Source of the DNA: a virus | Lineage: Duplodnaviria > Caudoviricetes | Reading direction: 5' to 3' (one strand) | DNA: 24,921 nucleotides | Virus record (IMG/VR): IMGVR_UViG_3300042346_000140 | Span: 1-24,921 of that record | Shown here: positions 16,062 to 24,391 of the stretch, piece after piece | Layout: every line of letters starts with the position of its first letter | Numbering within the stretch: the stretch's first letter is position 1 | The notes under the pieces: generated by a model | What the model saw: only the letters and a program-made list of their open reading frames with translations | The model's database searches: none | What the model was told of the DNA's origin: nothing | Position numbers and translations under genes: made by a program

Positions 16062-17000
16062 ATGAACAGATACACAATCAACAAGCCAGAACACGGCAGC
16101 CAAGAATGGTTAGAGGTACGTTGGCGCAACGCCGAAGGGCTATCACGAATCGCTGCATCAAGCGCAGCAGCAGTACACAATGAACACGAGTACATGACAC
16201 CAGGAGATCTCGCAGTAGAACTACTTGCTGACGAAGCACCGCAACCCAAGCCAGCCAACGCTGCAATGGAGCGAGGCAACCGACTTGAACCAGTCCTAAT
16301 CCAATGGACATCCGATCTAGAAGACATTGCTTTGCTTACCCCAGACATTATGTATTGCTTTGAGAACGGTGATGCCCGCATGATTGCGACACTTGATGCA
16401 ATGAGTGCGGACGGCATGCCATTTGAAATCAAGACAACCAAGAAGCGCTGGGATGGCGTGCTTCCACGCCAATGGTATTGGCAAGGGGTGCAGCAATCTA
16501 TTTGCGCAGGCACAAATCAGATTGAGTGGCGTATCTTTGACAGCGATCTTGAGTTGCATCAATACACGCAGATCATTACGTCCGATGAACAACAGATACA
16601 CATCAGCGCAGTTGATGAGTTCTTGAATCTAATCGAGCAAGGACTAGTACCTGAGGTAGCCAAGCTTTCCTATGACAACGTATCCAACTTGTACAGCAAA
16701 TCTTCGGATATACAAACCATGCTGCCACCATCAGCAATGGAGATCATCAATCAATTAGAGAAAACCAAGGAAGCAAAAAGAAAACTTGAGGAAGTAGAAA
16801 ACAATCTCAAGGCGGAGCTTGGATTGATGATGAAAAATTCTGAGGAAGGAATACTCAACGGCGATATCGTGGTGACATGGAAAACTCAGACACGCAATGT
16901 GTTTGATTCAGCAAGGTTTGACAAAGAGCATCCAGCTCTGTCAAAAAAATACAGGAAGGACACGAGCTTTCGTGTTCTTAAAACAAAGGTAAGGAGATAA
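16062..17000 (+). CDS. YqaJ-like (lambda-exonuclease family) recombination exonuclease
   Basis: HGSQEWLEVR, IAASSAAA, MERGNRLEP, ATLDA, EIKTT and YWQGVQQ motifs; C-terminal coiled coil. Confidence 0.88.
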   Translation: MNRYTINKPEHGSQEWLEVRWRNAEGLSRIAASSAAAVHNEHEYMTPGDLAVELLADEAPQPKPANAAMERGNRLEPVLIQWTSDLEDIALLTPDIMYCFENGDARMIATLDAMSADGMPFEIKTTKKRWDGVLPRQWYWQGVQQSICAGTNQIEWRIFDSDLELHQYTQIITSDEQQIHISAVDEFLNLIEQGLVPEVAKLSYDNVSNLYSKSSDIQTMLPPSAMEIINQLEKTKEAKRKLEEVENNLKAELGLMMKNSEEGILNGDIVVTWKTQTRNVFDSARFDKEHPALSKKYRKDTSFRVLKTKVRR

Positions 17001-17002
17001 CA

Positions 17003-17638
17003 ATGCCAGGGTTCAACTTAGATAATTACGAAACAGTCGAAGACAGACTTGTAAAGTTTTGGGCTGACCACACAGATGGTCGGGTCATTACATCCATCCA
17101 CTACTACGACGACACACGCATCCTTATACGAGCAGAGGTTTACTTTGACCGTGAAGATGTAAGGCCAGTAGCAAGCGGGTATGCAGAAGAACTACGGGGT
17201 GCAAGCCCAGTAAACCGCACCTCACACGCAGAGAACGCAGAGACCAGCGCCATTGGCAGGGCTCTCGCTAACTGTGGGTACGCAGCCAAGGGTGCACGCC
17301 CTAGTCGTGAAGAGATGCAGAAGGTACAGCGAGCAACCCCTGTGGCTGCCAGCCCAAAGAACAATGTAAACGAAATCATGGATGAGCTGGTCAGTAACGG
17401 TGCTACCTATGTAGAAGATGATGAGCAAGAACAACCACGAAACATCTCTATTAAAAACCCAGGGGAAGCAGCGTCTCCTAAACAACTGGGTATGTTACGT
17501 GCCGTGTTACGCAACCAAGGTATCTCCGACAATAAAGAAGTCGCAGATGTCTGTAGCGCAGCTGTCAATCGCAACATCACAAAGCTTGACGAACTTACCA
17601 AGGGTGAAGCATCAGCGCTTATCACCCAATACAAGTGA
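17003..17638 (+). CDS. ssDNA-annealing recombinase (Rad52/Sak-like)
   Basis: YETVEDRL...ENAETSAIGRAL core; ASPKQ...LTKGEASALI C-terminal domain; follows the exonuclease. Confidence 0.75.
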   Translation: MPGFNLDNYETVEDRLVKFWADHTDGRVITSIHYYDDTRILIRAEVYFDREDVRPVASGYAEELRGASPVNRTSHAENAETSAIGRALANCGYAAKGARPSREEMQKVQRATPVAASPKNNVNEIMDELVSNGATYVEDDEQEQPRNISIKNPGEAASPKQLGMLRAVLRNQGISDNKEVADVCSAAVNRNITKLDELTKGEASALITQYK

Positions 17639-17784
17639 GCAAGATAGCTAAAACTTTAATCGCTGTTCGTTTGGATACCGAGTTGCTCAAGCAGGTCAAC
17701 AAGGTATCCAAACGGATACGCAAGACAAGATCTGAAACGATTAGAGTTTTACTTAACGAAGCACTCGGACAATACAATGGATGA
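17635..17784 (+). CDS. ribbon-helix-helix (CopG/Arc-like) DNA-binding protein, 49 aa
   Basis: Not in the ORF track. MSKIAKTLIAVRLDTELLKQVNKVSKRIRKTRSETIRVLLNEALGQYNG; GTGA overlap. Confidence 0.8.
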   Translation: MSKIAKTLIAVRLDTELLKQVNKVSKRIRKTRSETIRVLLNEALGQYNG

Positions 17785-18220
17785 AAGGAAGGGTTACTGT
17801 GAAGGCAACCAAGATAAGTGCAACGCAACGGGATGTCCCCTATTCGGAACACTCGGGCGCCCCAGTCGTGACGGTGCGCGTAGGATTCGCAACTGTGGCG
17901 ACCCTGCAGCTAGGGGTAAACGTAACAGATCTAAAGGGGATTCAAAAGCACGTCGTGCCCGTAAGAAACTTGGGTTGGGTGGTCATCTTACCCGTCACGA
18001 GGAAAATTGGGGTGGTGCTTTTCGTACCGAGGTCAAAGCGGGCGCGCAAGTTGGTCCGATTTATACACGATTCAGAGACGCGAAAGCACAGAGTGATCAA
18101 GCAAAGGCGTTGGGTGACAATCGCCCATTTGTGATGGTCGCAATGCCAGACGGAACATCAGAAGGTATCGTGTTAATTACTCTTACCGAGTTCACAGAAA
18201 TCATAAGCCTTATTCCATAA
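17777..18220 (+). CDS. putative Holliday-junction resolvase-like PD-(D/E)xK nuclease with Cys-rich N-terminus
   Basis: RNRSKG...HEE...TEVKAG...QSDQ pattern; four N-terminal Cys; located in the recombination module. Confidence 0.55.
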   Translation: MDERKGYCEGNQDKCNATGCPLFGTLGRPSRDGARRIRNCGDPAARGKRNRSKGDSKARRARKKLGLGGHLTRHEENWGGAFRTEVKAGAQVGPIYTRFRDAKAQSDQAKALGDNRPFVMVAMPDGTSEGIVLITLTEFTEIISLIP

Positions 18221-18255
18221 GGACTTCAGGAGTTTTACTATAATGGGAGGGAACA

Positions 18256-18798
18256 ATGAACATACTTATACGGTGCATAGCCGTACCTTTGGTAGGGTTG
18301 ATTACTCTGAGCTCGCAGGCTCAAGCAGCAATCGCACCTTCACCAGATTCAATCTCGATACAAGTATCGGGATCATTGCCAACGACGCTCGTGAAGCACG
18401 AGAGGCTGGACTTGCCAAGACCCGTGACCTTCAAGCACGGGGATATCTCTTGGCTACCGAGCTTGGCAGCTCAGGCTGGGTGGCCTCGCTCGACATGGAA
18501 GAAGCTTGGTCAGATAATCCTGAGGGAATCGGGTGGCTGCCCTAACCGTGCTGGCGGGGATATGGTTGATGGGAACTGCAATATAACTGGGGTTTCCGAG
18601 TGGAACCATAGGTCAGACACAGGGTTGCTGCAGATTAACGGGGTACATTGGAAGCAGGATCATGCCCAATACCACGGACTTATCTGCAAGAGACTTGGGG
18701 TGTGCGAGCAGTCTATACTGTTAGACCCGCTCACTAACCTCATAGCAGGCAAACTCCTTTACGATGTCGCGGGGTGGAGTCCCTGGGATATCGGATAG
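18256..18798 (+). CDS. secreted lytic transglycosylase (SLT/lysozyme-like)
   Basis: Signal peptide (AQA), catalytic RES, DTGLLQIN, LLDPLTNL and GWSPW. TATAAT at 18238 and SD GGGAGG upstream. Confidence 0.85.
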   Translation: MNILIRCIAVPLVGLITLSSQAQAAIAPSPDSISIQVSGSLPTTLVKHERLDLPRPVTFKHGDISWLPSLAAQAGWPRSTWKKLGQIILRESGGCPNRAGGDMVDGNCNITGVSEWNHRSDTGLLQINGVHWKQDHAQYHGLICKRLGVCEQSILLDPLTNLIAGKLLYDVAGWSPWDIG

Positions 18799-18804
18799 AA
18801 ACCA

Positions 18805-19110
18805 ATGAAAGATAGAAAGGAATGGGATATGGAATTAATGAATGAGTTCTCCTTGTTTAACAAGGACTTTAGCTGGGGTGACGAGGCAGCCTGCAAAGGT
18901 ATGCCGACCGACATGTTCTTTCCAGAGCGTGGCAACAGCAGCTCAGAAAGAAAAGCAATCAAAGAGTTATGTGGAGGTTGCAAAGTCCAGCAGCAATGCC
19001 TAGATTTTGCAATCGACAACTTCATTACCTACGGTATTTGGGGTGGCATGACATTGAATGAAAGACGTAGATATAAAGCGAGGGTTGAGTGGGCGAAGAA
19101 ATCATCATGA
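18805..19110 (+). CDS. whiB: WhiB-family Fe-S transcription regulator
   Basis: W...AAC...FFP...C-x2-C-x5-C...GIWGG...ERR. The start could be 18829 or 18838. Confidence 0.93.
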   Translation: MKDRKEWDMELMNEFSLFNKDFSWGDEAACKGMPTDMFFPERGNSSSERKAIKELCGGCKVQQQCLDFAIDNFITYGIWGGMTLNERRRYKARVEWAKKSS

Positions 19111-19265
19111 CAGACGAGATGTTAGTTAGTGTGTCAAAGTTTCTGCGTCGCGCATTCGTTGGCAGAATGGAAGAAGAAGAACTTGTCAATTGTGTATCGG
19201 TAATAGAACACGAACTAATGAGAAGGAGGATTGATGCTGCCAGAAAACATAGATCGATTCGTTGA
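19107..19265 (+). CDS. 52-aa hypothetical protein
   Basis: Not in the ORF track. MTDEMLVSVSKFLRRAFVGRMEEEELVNCVSVIEHELMRRRIDAARKHRSIR; ATGA overlap with whiB. Confidence 0.65.
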   Translation: MTDEMLVSVSKFLRRAFVGRMEEEELVNCVSVIEHELMRRRIDAARKHRSIR

Positions 19266-19611
19266 TAGGTTGTGTGCGCTGTACCCCAACAGGCAGGTAG
19301 CACGCAACACAATCAAGTCTGGCTGGAGAGTGGACAAAGAACTCTTGGCTGCATCGGTACACATGTGTCGCAGGGTTATTGATATTGTGGAAAGAGACGG
19401 AGAGTTTCCATCACTACATAGAATCAAAACCTTACTGAAAGACATGAGACCCAATGATCAGATCACCACATGCACGGTTTGTGATGGGTCGGGTTGGGGT
19501 GAAAGATACACAGCACTATCGGAGACTGGGAAAGAATACACATACGTCAGGCCATGCATATGCAGGGAAGGGATAACACATGAAACGTCATTGGAATTGC
19601 AGCACTTGTAA
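19234..19611 (+). CDS. helical domain plus CxxCxGxG...CxC Zn finger (possible replication helper)
   Basis: SD AAGGAGG; CTVCDGSGW...VRPCIC. Confidence 0.65.
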   Translation: MLPENIDRFVDRLCALYPNRQVARNTIKSGWRVDKELLAASVHMCRRVIDIVERDGEFPSLHRIKTLLKDMRPNDQITTCTVCDGSGWGERYTALSETGKEYTYVRPCICREGITHETSLELQHL

Positions 19612-19729
19612 CAATCAGATAGTTACCTATGTAGAGTTATCTGAACCACCAACGTGCTCGAACCGTCATTCAATTAAACAAATGGAAGAGAAGGGAAAAC
19701 GAAATGAACATTCCGAAGTTCCAAACTGA
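19580..19729 (+). CDS. 49-aa Zn-ribbon protein
   Basis: Not in the ORF track. MKRHWNCSTCNNQIVTYVELSEPPTCSNRHSIKQMEEKGKRNEHSEVPN; SD AAGGGA; CxxC...CxxxH. Confidence 0.65.
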   Translation: MKRHWNCSTCNNQIVTYVELSEPPTCSNRHSIKQMEEKGKRNEHSEVPN

Positions 19730-19919
19730 GGACTTAGAAGTAATGGAGAACCTGTTAGTTGAGTTGTTAGTGGCTGCACTTAGGGCACCTAACCATATCC
19801 GTGGTCCGATAACCGACTTGGCTATTGGCATATCAAATCATTTACCGATAGAAGCGGTAGAACGCAGCAAAGAGTACTCTTTGTACAGAGCTAAGCAAGG
19901 AGAACAACGTGGAGTTTGA
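19704..19919 (+). CDS. hypothetical protein
   Basis: SD AAGGGA; helical, 71 aa. Confidence 0.65.
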   Translation: MNIPKFQTEDLEVMENLLVELLVAALRAPNHIRGPITDLAIGISNHLPIEAVERSKEYSLYRAKQGEQRGV

Positions 19920-20469
19920 AGAGCAGGTAGATAACATTTTGCGTGAGGCGTACGAGAGCATCGTACAAGAAGGACTAGAGCAAGAGCTTGACGACTTCAA
20001 AAAGGTAGAAGATTTCTTTGCATCCAAGGGATCAATTGATGATTCATCAAGCGAGATCTGGTACATGAGTTTGAACGGCGATCTAGATATGGATATCGTC
20101 AACCCAGATGACATGCCTGATGAAGAGTCGGAAGCTTTGGCTATCAAGTACAAGGGAACCTACGGAGATCTATTCGTGGCGTTGCAGGATTCGGACATGA
20201 TCCAAGAATGCAAGGCAGACAAATGCGTGGGCATCATCACCCGATCAGAAGCATGGGCATCCAAGACCGCAGTTGCCTCAAAGAAACAAGCATCAGAGTG
20301 TGACGACAAAGTAACTATGTACATTACAACTCTCACAACTCCACGTGGTGTGCATGTCATCATCCGAAACGGTGATGAAGTAAATTGCGCAACCTATCCT
20401 AAATCTAAAATCAAAACAGGAGAGAATGATTTGATCGACGCATTGTTCAATGCGTGCTTTCATTGGTGA
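19909..20469 (+). CDS. acidic hypothetical protein
   Basis: SD AAGGAG before GTG; D/E-rich N-terminal half. Confidence 0.7.
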   Translation: MEFEEQVDNILREAYESIVQEGLEQELDDFKKVEDFFASKGSIDDSSSEIWYMSLNGDLDMDIVNPDDMPDEESEALAIKYKGTYGDLFVALQDSDMIQECKADKCVGIITRSEAWASKTAVASKKQASECDDKVTMYITTLTTPRGVHVIIRNGDEVNCATYPKSKIKTGENDLIDALFNACFHW

Positions 20470-20471
20470 CC

Positions 20472-20517
20472 GCTACCAATAACGCTGCTACCAGCAACGG
20501 TTGCTACCAACAACGGG
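20472..20517 (+). repeat. 3 x ~15-16-bp iteron-like repeat GCTACCA(A/G)(T/C)AACG
   Basis: GCTACCA at 20472, 20487 and 20503, each followed by xxAACG. Confidence 0.8.
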
Positions 20518-20596
20518 CTTGACCTGCGCAAGCGCGCGCGCGCGTGCGCCTGCACGGGCGAGCGCGCGCGTTCTTTCCACTGCGAAAAATTGCCCC

Positions 20597-20655
20597 CGAT
20601 TTGCGACGGCTTGCGGCGGTGCTAGCATTGACCCGACGCAATTTTTCTATTGCGT
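20597..20655 (+). promoter_or_regulatory. early-type promoter cassette A
   Basis: TTGCGA (20601), 16 nt, TG-C-TAGCAT (20623); then hairpin ACGCAAT/ATTGCGT. Near-identical to 24332-24363. Confidence 0.65.
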
Positions 20656-20684
20656 TTAACTTAAAAGCAAAGGGATATAACGCT

Positions 20685-20858
20685 ATGGACATAGAGCAAG
20701 TGTTACACGCCATTACAAGAGTTCAGGCTGAGAAATTGGTTAAATCAACTAGAAGTTTTAACGATGAGTTGGTCTATAACCAAGTAGAACTGCCTTTGAT
20801 TAAAGAAATTAAACGGGTTATCCGTGAAAGATTTGAGAGTGTAGAACTCTCAAAGTAA
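20685..20858 (+). CDS. 57-aa hypothetical protein
   Basis: Start moved to ATG 20685 (SD AAAGGGA); the upstream extension runs through promoter and CG repeats. Confidence 0.7.
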   Translation: MDIEQVLHAITRVQAEKLVKSTRSFNDELVYNQVELPLIKEIKRVIRERFESVELSK

Positions 20859-20901
20859 TAAGCAATATAAACAACAACAACAAAACAAAAGGGAGAATAA
20901 A

Positions 20902-21648
20902 ATGCTAGAAGGACAGGAAGCAACACAAACTCAAGGCTTTAATAGCCCTTGGGAGAGAGCAAGTTTTGCTCTTGAGAATAACTTAGGGCGAGTATTGCTC
21001 TATGGCGCACCAGGAACAGGTAAGACATACTTCGCTATGAATTACCACACTAACCCCGATAACGCTTATCGGTTAGTTTGCACAGAGGAAATGACTGATG
21101 CAGACTTAATCGGTATGTATAAGCCGACATTGGTTAATGGCTCTAGGGAACTTGTGTTCCACGAGGGCGTTGCTATTAAGGCTTGGCGAACAGGTGGTCG
21201 CTTGGTTGTTGATGAAATTAACAGAGTCAATGGCGATATTGAGAGTCGCCTTATGTCTCTTATCGACACTCACGCTAGTTCCTCTTGGCAGAACCCCGAT
21301 ACAGGCGAAACGATTAAGCCAGCACAAGGCTTTAGCGTTGTAGCCACTATGAACGGTGAGCCTGAGGACTTAGGGCGCGCTATCCAAGACCGTTTGGTTG
21401 TGCAGTTAGAGATAACTGAACCACACCCTGACGCTATTGCTAGTCTGCCTGAATACCTTAGAGACTTAGCGTTCTCTGTGGTATCAAGAACCACACAGTC
21501 AGACCGTTACTCGTTAAGAAACTTCGTGGAGTTTGCCCAACTCTACGCAAAGACTAACGACTTGCACAAGTCAGTTGATGTCTGCTTACCCCGTATAGCA
21601 GAGCAAATCATTGACAGCATTAGCCTTCAGAAAGTAGAGGCACAATAA
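20902..21648 (+). CDS. MoxR/CbbQ/CobS-like AAA+ ATPase
   Basis: Walker A GAPGTGKT, DLIG, Walker B LVVDEINR, sensor ATMN and Arg finger AIQDR. Confidence 0.9.
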   Translation: MLEGQEATQTQGFNSPWERASFALENNLGRVLLYGAPGTGKTYFAMNYHTNPDNAYRLVCTEEMTDADLIGMYKPTLVNGSRELVFHEGVAIKAWRTGGRLVVDEINRVNGDIESRLMSLIDTHASSSWQNPDTGETIKPAQGFSVVATMNGEPEDLGRAIQDRLVVQLEITEPHPDAIASLPEYLRDLAFSVVSRTTQSDRYSLRNFVEFAQLYAKTNDLHKSVDVCLPRIAEQIIDSISLQKVEAQ

Positions 21649-21839
21649 TGGAAGGCGACAAAATAACTTTGTGGATAGACCATCTCATAGTTATTGTTAT
21701 GGTCTGCCTCTTTATCGGCTATCAAGTTGGTGCGTTTATACACACTCTTGATGAACGAGAGAGAGAACGAGAGAACCATTATTGGGCCAAGCGCAAGTCA
21801 ATGCGTAATCACCCAACTTACAAAGGGAGAATACAATGA
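21648..21839 (+). CDS. single-TM membrane protein
   Basis: Hydrophobic LIVIVMVCLFIGYQVGAFI, charged tail ending RNHPTY; overlaps both neighbours. Confidence 0.7.
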   Translation: MEGDKITLWIDHLIVIVMVCLFIGYQVGAFIHTLDERERERENHYWAKRKSMRNHPTYKGRIQ

Positions 21840-23167
21840 CAACTAAGCACAACACCGTAGCCCCTGAAGCATTGGGGCAACGACCAGAGTTAGACCATAA
21901 CCGTTACGAGTCAGGTGGCACGCCATTGGACTTTGACGGGGTGAGCGTTAGTTTCGGAACACCTAGGAAGCCTCATAGTTATCAAGCCCCTACGGGCGAC
22001 GGTCTAACAAGCCGTCGCCTTAGGCGTTTTGCTTTGACGCTTAGCAGGTTTCAGTTACCTAACAGCAAGCAACTTGCAAAGCGTTGGAAAGTAAAGCCAA
22101 GCAGCGTTAAATACGCCGAGCAGATATTTGCTATCAACGCATACAAGGAAGCATTTAATGACGACCCAACTATAGACACTATGTCTACAGATGTGTTGGC
22201 AACAATGCTTAGCGAGCCAAGCCCCAATAGCGAGTTGTTTGGTAAAGCCATAAGTTACTCAAATACGAAAGCGTTTGACAACTTAGTGCTTGAGATAGGC
22301 AACGAGGAAGTTCGGGACTTGTTGGTTAATTTTAACAATCACCTGAAAAGTATCTACGGCACAGGCAGTTGGCGTTGGCGACAAGTTAAAGATATTAACT
22401 CGCCAACTGACTTTCGCCGTCGCCGTGCTAGAACTTCTTATCGGGACTTGGCTAGAGAGATTGACAGACTCTCAATGCTTGGCGAGAAGCACATTAAAGA
22501 CCAAGAGAAACAAGAGAAGCAAGCAGGTGAGTCTTACGAGTATGGCAAAGGCAAGGAATATACAGACGGTTCAGATAGGTGGTATCCGTTGTATGTCTCT
22601 AAGCCTGAGTTGCCATTAACTCATACAGGCAAACTCGGTAGGAAAGTTATGTATACAGATACAGGCAGAGCGATTAAGAATATCGGTCGCTTGTTCTCTG
22701 ACCCTGAGGAACGGATATTTACTCGCAAGACTAGAGCGTTAGGGGCAGTTGTTGTTATTGACTGTTCGGGTTCTATGTCGTTATGCGAGGGCGATATCGA
22801 CGAGATGATTAAAGTCTCGGCAGGTGCTACGGTGCTTTGCTACTCGTCAGACTCTAGACCAAGCCACGATAACCCTAATGCTTATGTCGTTGCCCGTAAG
22901 GGTCGCAGGATACGCAAGTTGCCAGACTTTCACGGTGGTAACGGTTGCGACGCACCAGCGTTGATGTATGGCATTAAGGTTCTTAGAGAGAGTTCTCGTC
23001 AGCCAGTCATTTGGATTAGCGACGAGATGGTTACAGGCCTAAACGATAGTGGTGGCTTGTCTCTAAGAGAGGAAACAAACAGAATAAAACAGCGTTATGG
23101 CGTTATTGTTTGCCGTAATGCTTACTCAGCAATAAAAACACTTAAAAAACTACAAGGAAAGGGATAG
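21836..23167 (+). CDS. vWA (MIDAS) domain protein, AAA+ partner
   Basis: VVVIDCSGSM (DxSxS), GGNGCD and IWISD; downstream of a MoxR-type ATPase. Confidence 0.85.
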   Translation: MTTKHNTVAPEALGQRPELDHNRYESGGTPLDFDGVSVSFGTPRKPHSYQAPTGDGLTSRRLRRFALTLSRFQLPNSKQLAKRWKVKPSSVKYAEQIFAINAYKEAFNDDPTIDTMSTDVLATMLSEPSPNSELFGKAISYSNTKAFDNLVLEIGNEEVRDLLVNFNNHLKSIYGTGSWRWRQVKDINSPTDFRRRRARTSYRDLAREIDRLSMLGEKHIKDQEKQEKQAGESYEYGKGKEYTDGSDRWYPLYVSKPELPLTHTGKLGRKVMYTDTGRAIKNIGRLFSDPEERIFTRKTRALGAVVVIDCSGSMSLCEGDIDEMIKVSAGATVLCYSSDSRPSHDNPNAYVVARKGRRIRKLPDFHGGNGCDAPALMYGIKVLRESSRQPVIWISDEMVTGLNDSGGLSLREETNRIKQRYGVIVCRNAYSAIKTLKKLQGKG

Positions 23168-23171
23168 AACA

Positions 23172-23909
23172 ATGGAAAATCAAGACAATGAGTTAATGGC
23201 AGAACTAGAAAACATAATCGCCATTGAAAGCAAGCGTATTGCCGAACCAACAGACGCACAATCTGAAGGCTTGGCGATATTTAAGAACCTGATAACTGCT
23301 ATGGAACAAGACAATCCACTCGTTGGGACTCAGGTGTATTCAATCAAAGCCGTAGAACCCGACGAAGCAAAGCAAGCACTAGCAGAAGGTGCAGGCAGGT
23401 TAATCAGTAATGGGTTTAGCAAAGAAGAAAACGAAGAAGCATCACAGGCAGGAAGGGTGGAACTGATAGCAGATAGTGTGCCAGTCAGTAAAATCCGTCA
23501 GTTCTTGGGCGACCTAGAGACTGCGTTGGTGCTTAGCCAATGGAAAGAGCCACAAGGCTTACTTGCTAGGGCTAAGCGTAAAGGCGAGTTGGTTCAGGCT
23601 ATGGCGTTGGGCAATATCCTTATATTCCAAAAGGTCTTGGCAAGTGGCGACACTATCACCAAGTCTTGGGACACCAACGAGGAGATAGCACCAGAGCCAG
23701 ACGAGTTTGATAACAAGTGGGACTTTGATTTCCTTAAGAACACTTACACACACTTGAGTCTGCCCCATATGCTTAAAGCGCAAAGCCCAATTATGTATGA
23801 GCATATTCTCGATATGCTTAAGAAAAGTATCGCCAAGCAAGTCCTTAACGACGAGAGACCACCAAACCTAGAAGGAGACTTCGGTGATGGGTCTAGTGAT
23901 GATGACTGA
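23172..23909 (+). CDS. acidic hypothetical protein
   Basis: 245-aa ORF with SD AAGGGA. Confidence 0.75.
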   Translation: MENQDNELMAELENIIAIESKRIAEPTDAQSEGLAIFKNLITAMEQDNPLVGTQVYSIKAVEPDEAKQALAEGAGRLISNGFSKEENEEASQAGRVELIADSVPVSKIRQFLGDLETALVLSQWKEPQGLLARAKRKGELVQAMALGNILIFQKVLASGDTITKSWDTNEEIAPEPDEFDNKWDFDFLKNTYTHLSLPHMLKAQSPIMYEHILDMLKKSIAKQVLNDERPPNLEGDFGDGSSDDD

Positions 23910-24099
23910 TTACAGTTCACTCAAGCACACAGCGCAAAGCCTACAGATTATGTGTCTTAGCATTATCAAAGACATAGAACACGGACACTTTAATACCTAT
24001 ATGGCTAGTGATTACTTAAACGATATGGAGTTAGGTGATTACAGTCTGTATAGTGCGCTTAGTCAGTCAATGGACTTAAACGAAAAGGAAGGAGAGTGA
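23902..24099 (+). CDS. hypothetical protein
   Basis: ATG at 23899 or 23902 overlapping the upstream stop; start uncertain. Confidence 0.6.
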   Translation: MTDYSSLKHTAQSLQIMCLSIIKDIEHGHFNTYMASDYLNDMELGDYSLYSALSQSMDLNEKEGE

Positions 24100-24112
24100 G
24101 GTATATGACATA

Positions 24113-24175
24113 GTGGATAGGTTATTAACCCTAATTGTGTTTATTATTGCTTGGTTACTAATCAGTAACCGTTAG
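24113..24175 (+). CDS. possible 20-aa single-TM peptide
   Basis: GTG...TAG encodes MDRLLTLIVFIIAWLLISNR, coupled by a TAGTG overlap to the 5-codon ORF 24096-24113. Confidence 0.35.
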   Translation: MDRLLTLIVFIIAWLLISNR

Positions 24176-24183
24176 GGTTATTA

Positions 24184-24224
24184 AGCCCCTTAGGGACTTT
24201 AATCCCTTGTGTCCTTAAGGGGCT
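24184..24224 (+). terminator. 14-bp hairpin ending the early operon; loop carries TCCCTTGT
   Basis: AGCCCCTTAGGGAC/GTCCTTAAGGGGCT stem; no U-tract. Confidence 0.55.
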
Positions 24225-24331
24225 ATACCCTACTGCTACCACTACCAACACCGTCTAGGTCTAGCGTAAAGACCTACGGCATACGGCAGGGAGTAGGGGT
24301 GGGGTGCTACTACTAATCGGCGAGATTGCAG

Positions 24332-24391
24332 CCGATTTGCAATCGGCTTGCGGTGGTGGTAGCGTGGTTGATGTTGGCAATTCCGCCAACA
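24332..24391 (+). promoter_or_regulatory. early-type promoter cassette B
   Basis: TTGCAA (24337), 17 nt, TG-G-TAGCGT (24360); palindrome GCCGATT-TGC-AATCGGC over the -35; downstream hairpin TGTTGGC/GCCAACA. Confidence 0.7.

Noticed and set aside
20472-20517. Short repeats as a mini-CRISPR array
   Set aside because: Units are 15-16 bp with no spacers of CRISPR length and no cas genes.
20504-20713. Arg/Ala-rich ORFs (20544 extension; minus 20504..20713)
   Set aside because: These are by-products of the CG dinucleotide tract; the real start is 20685.
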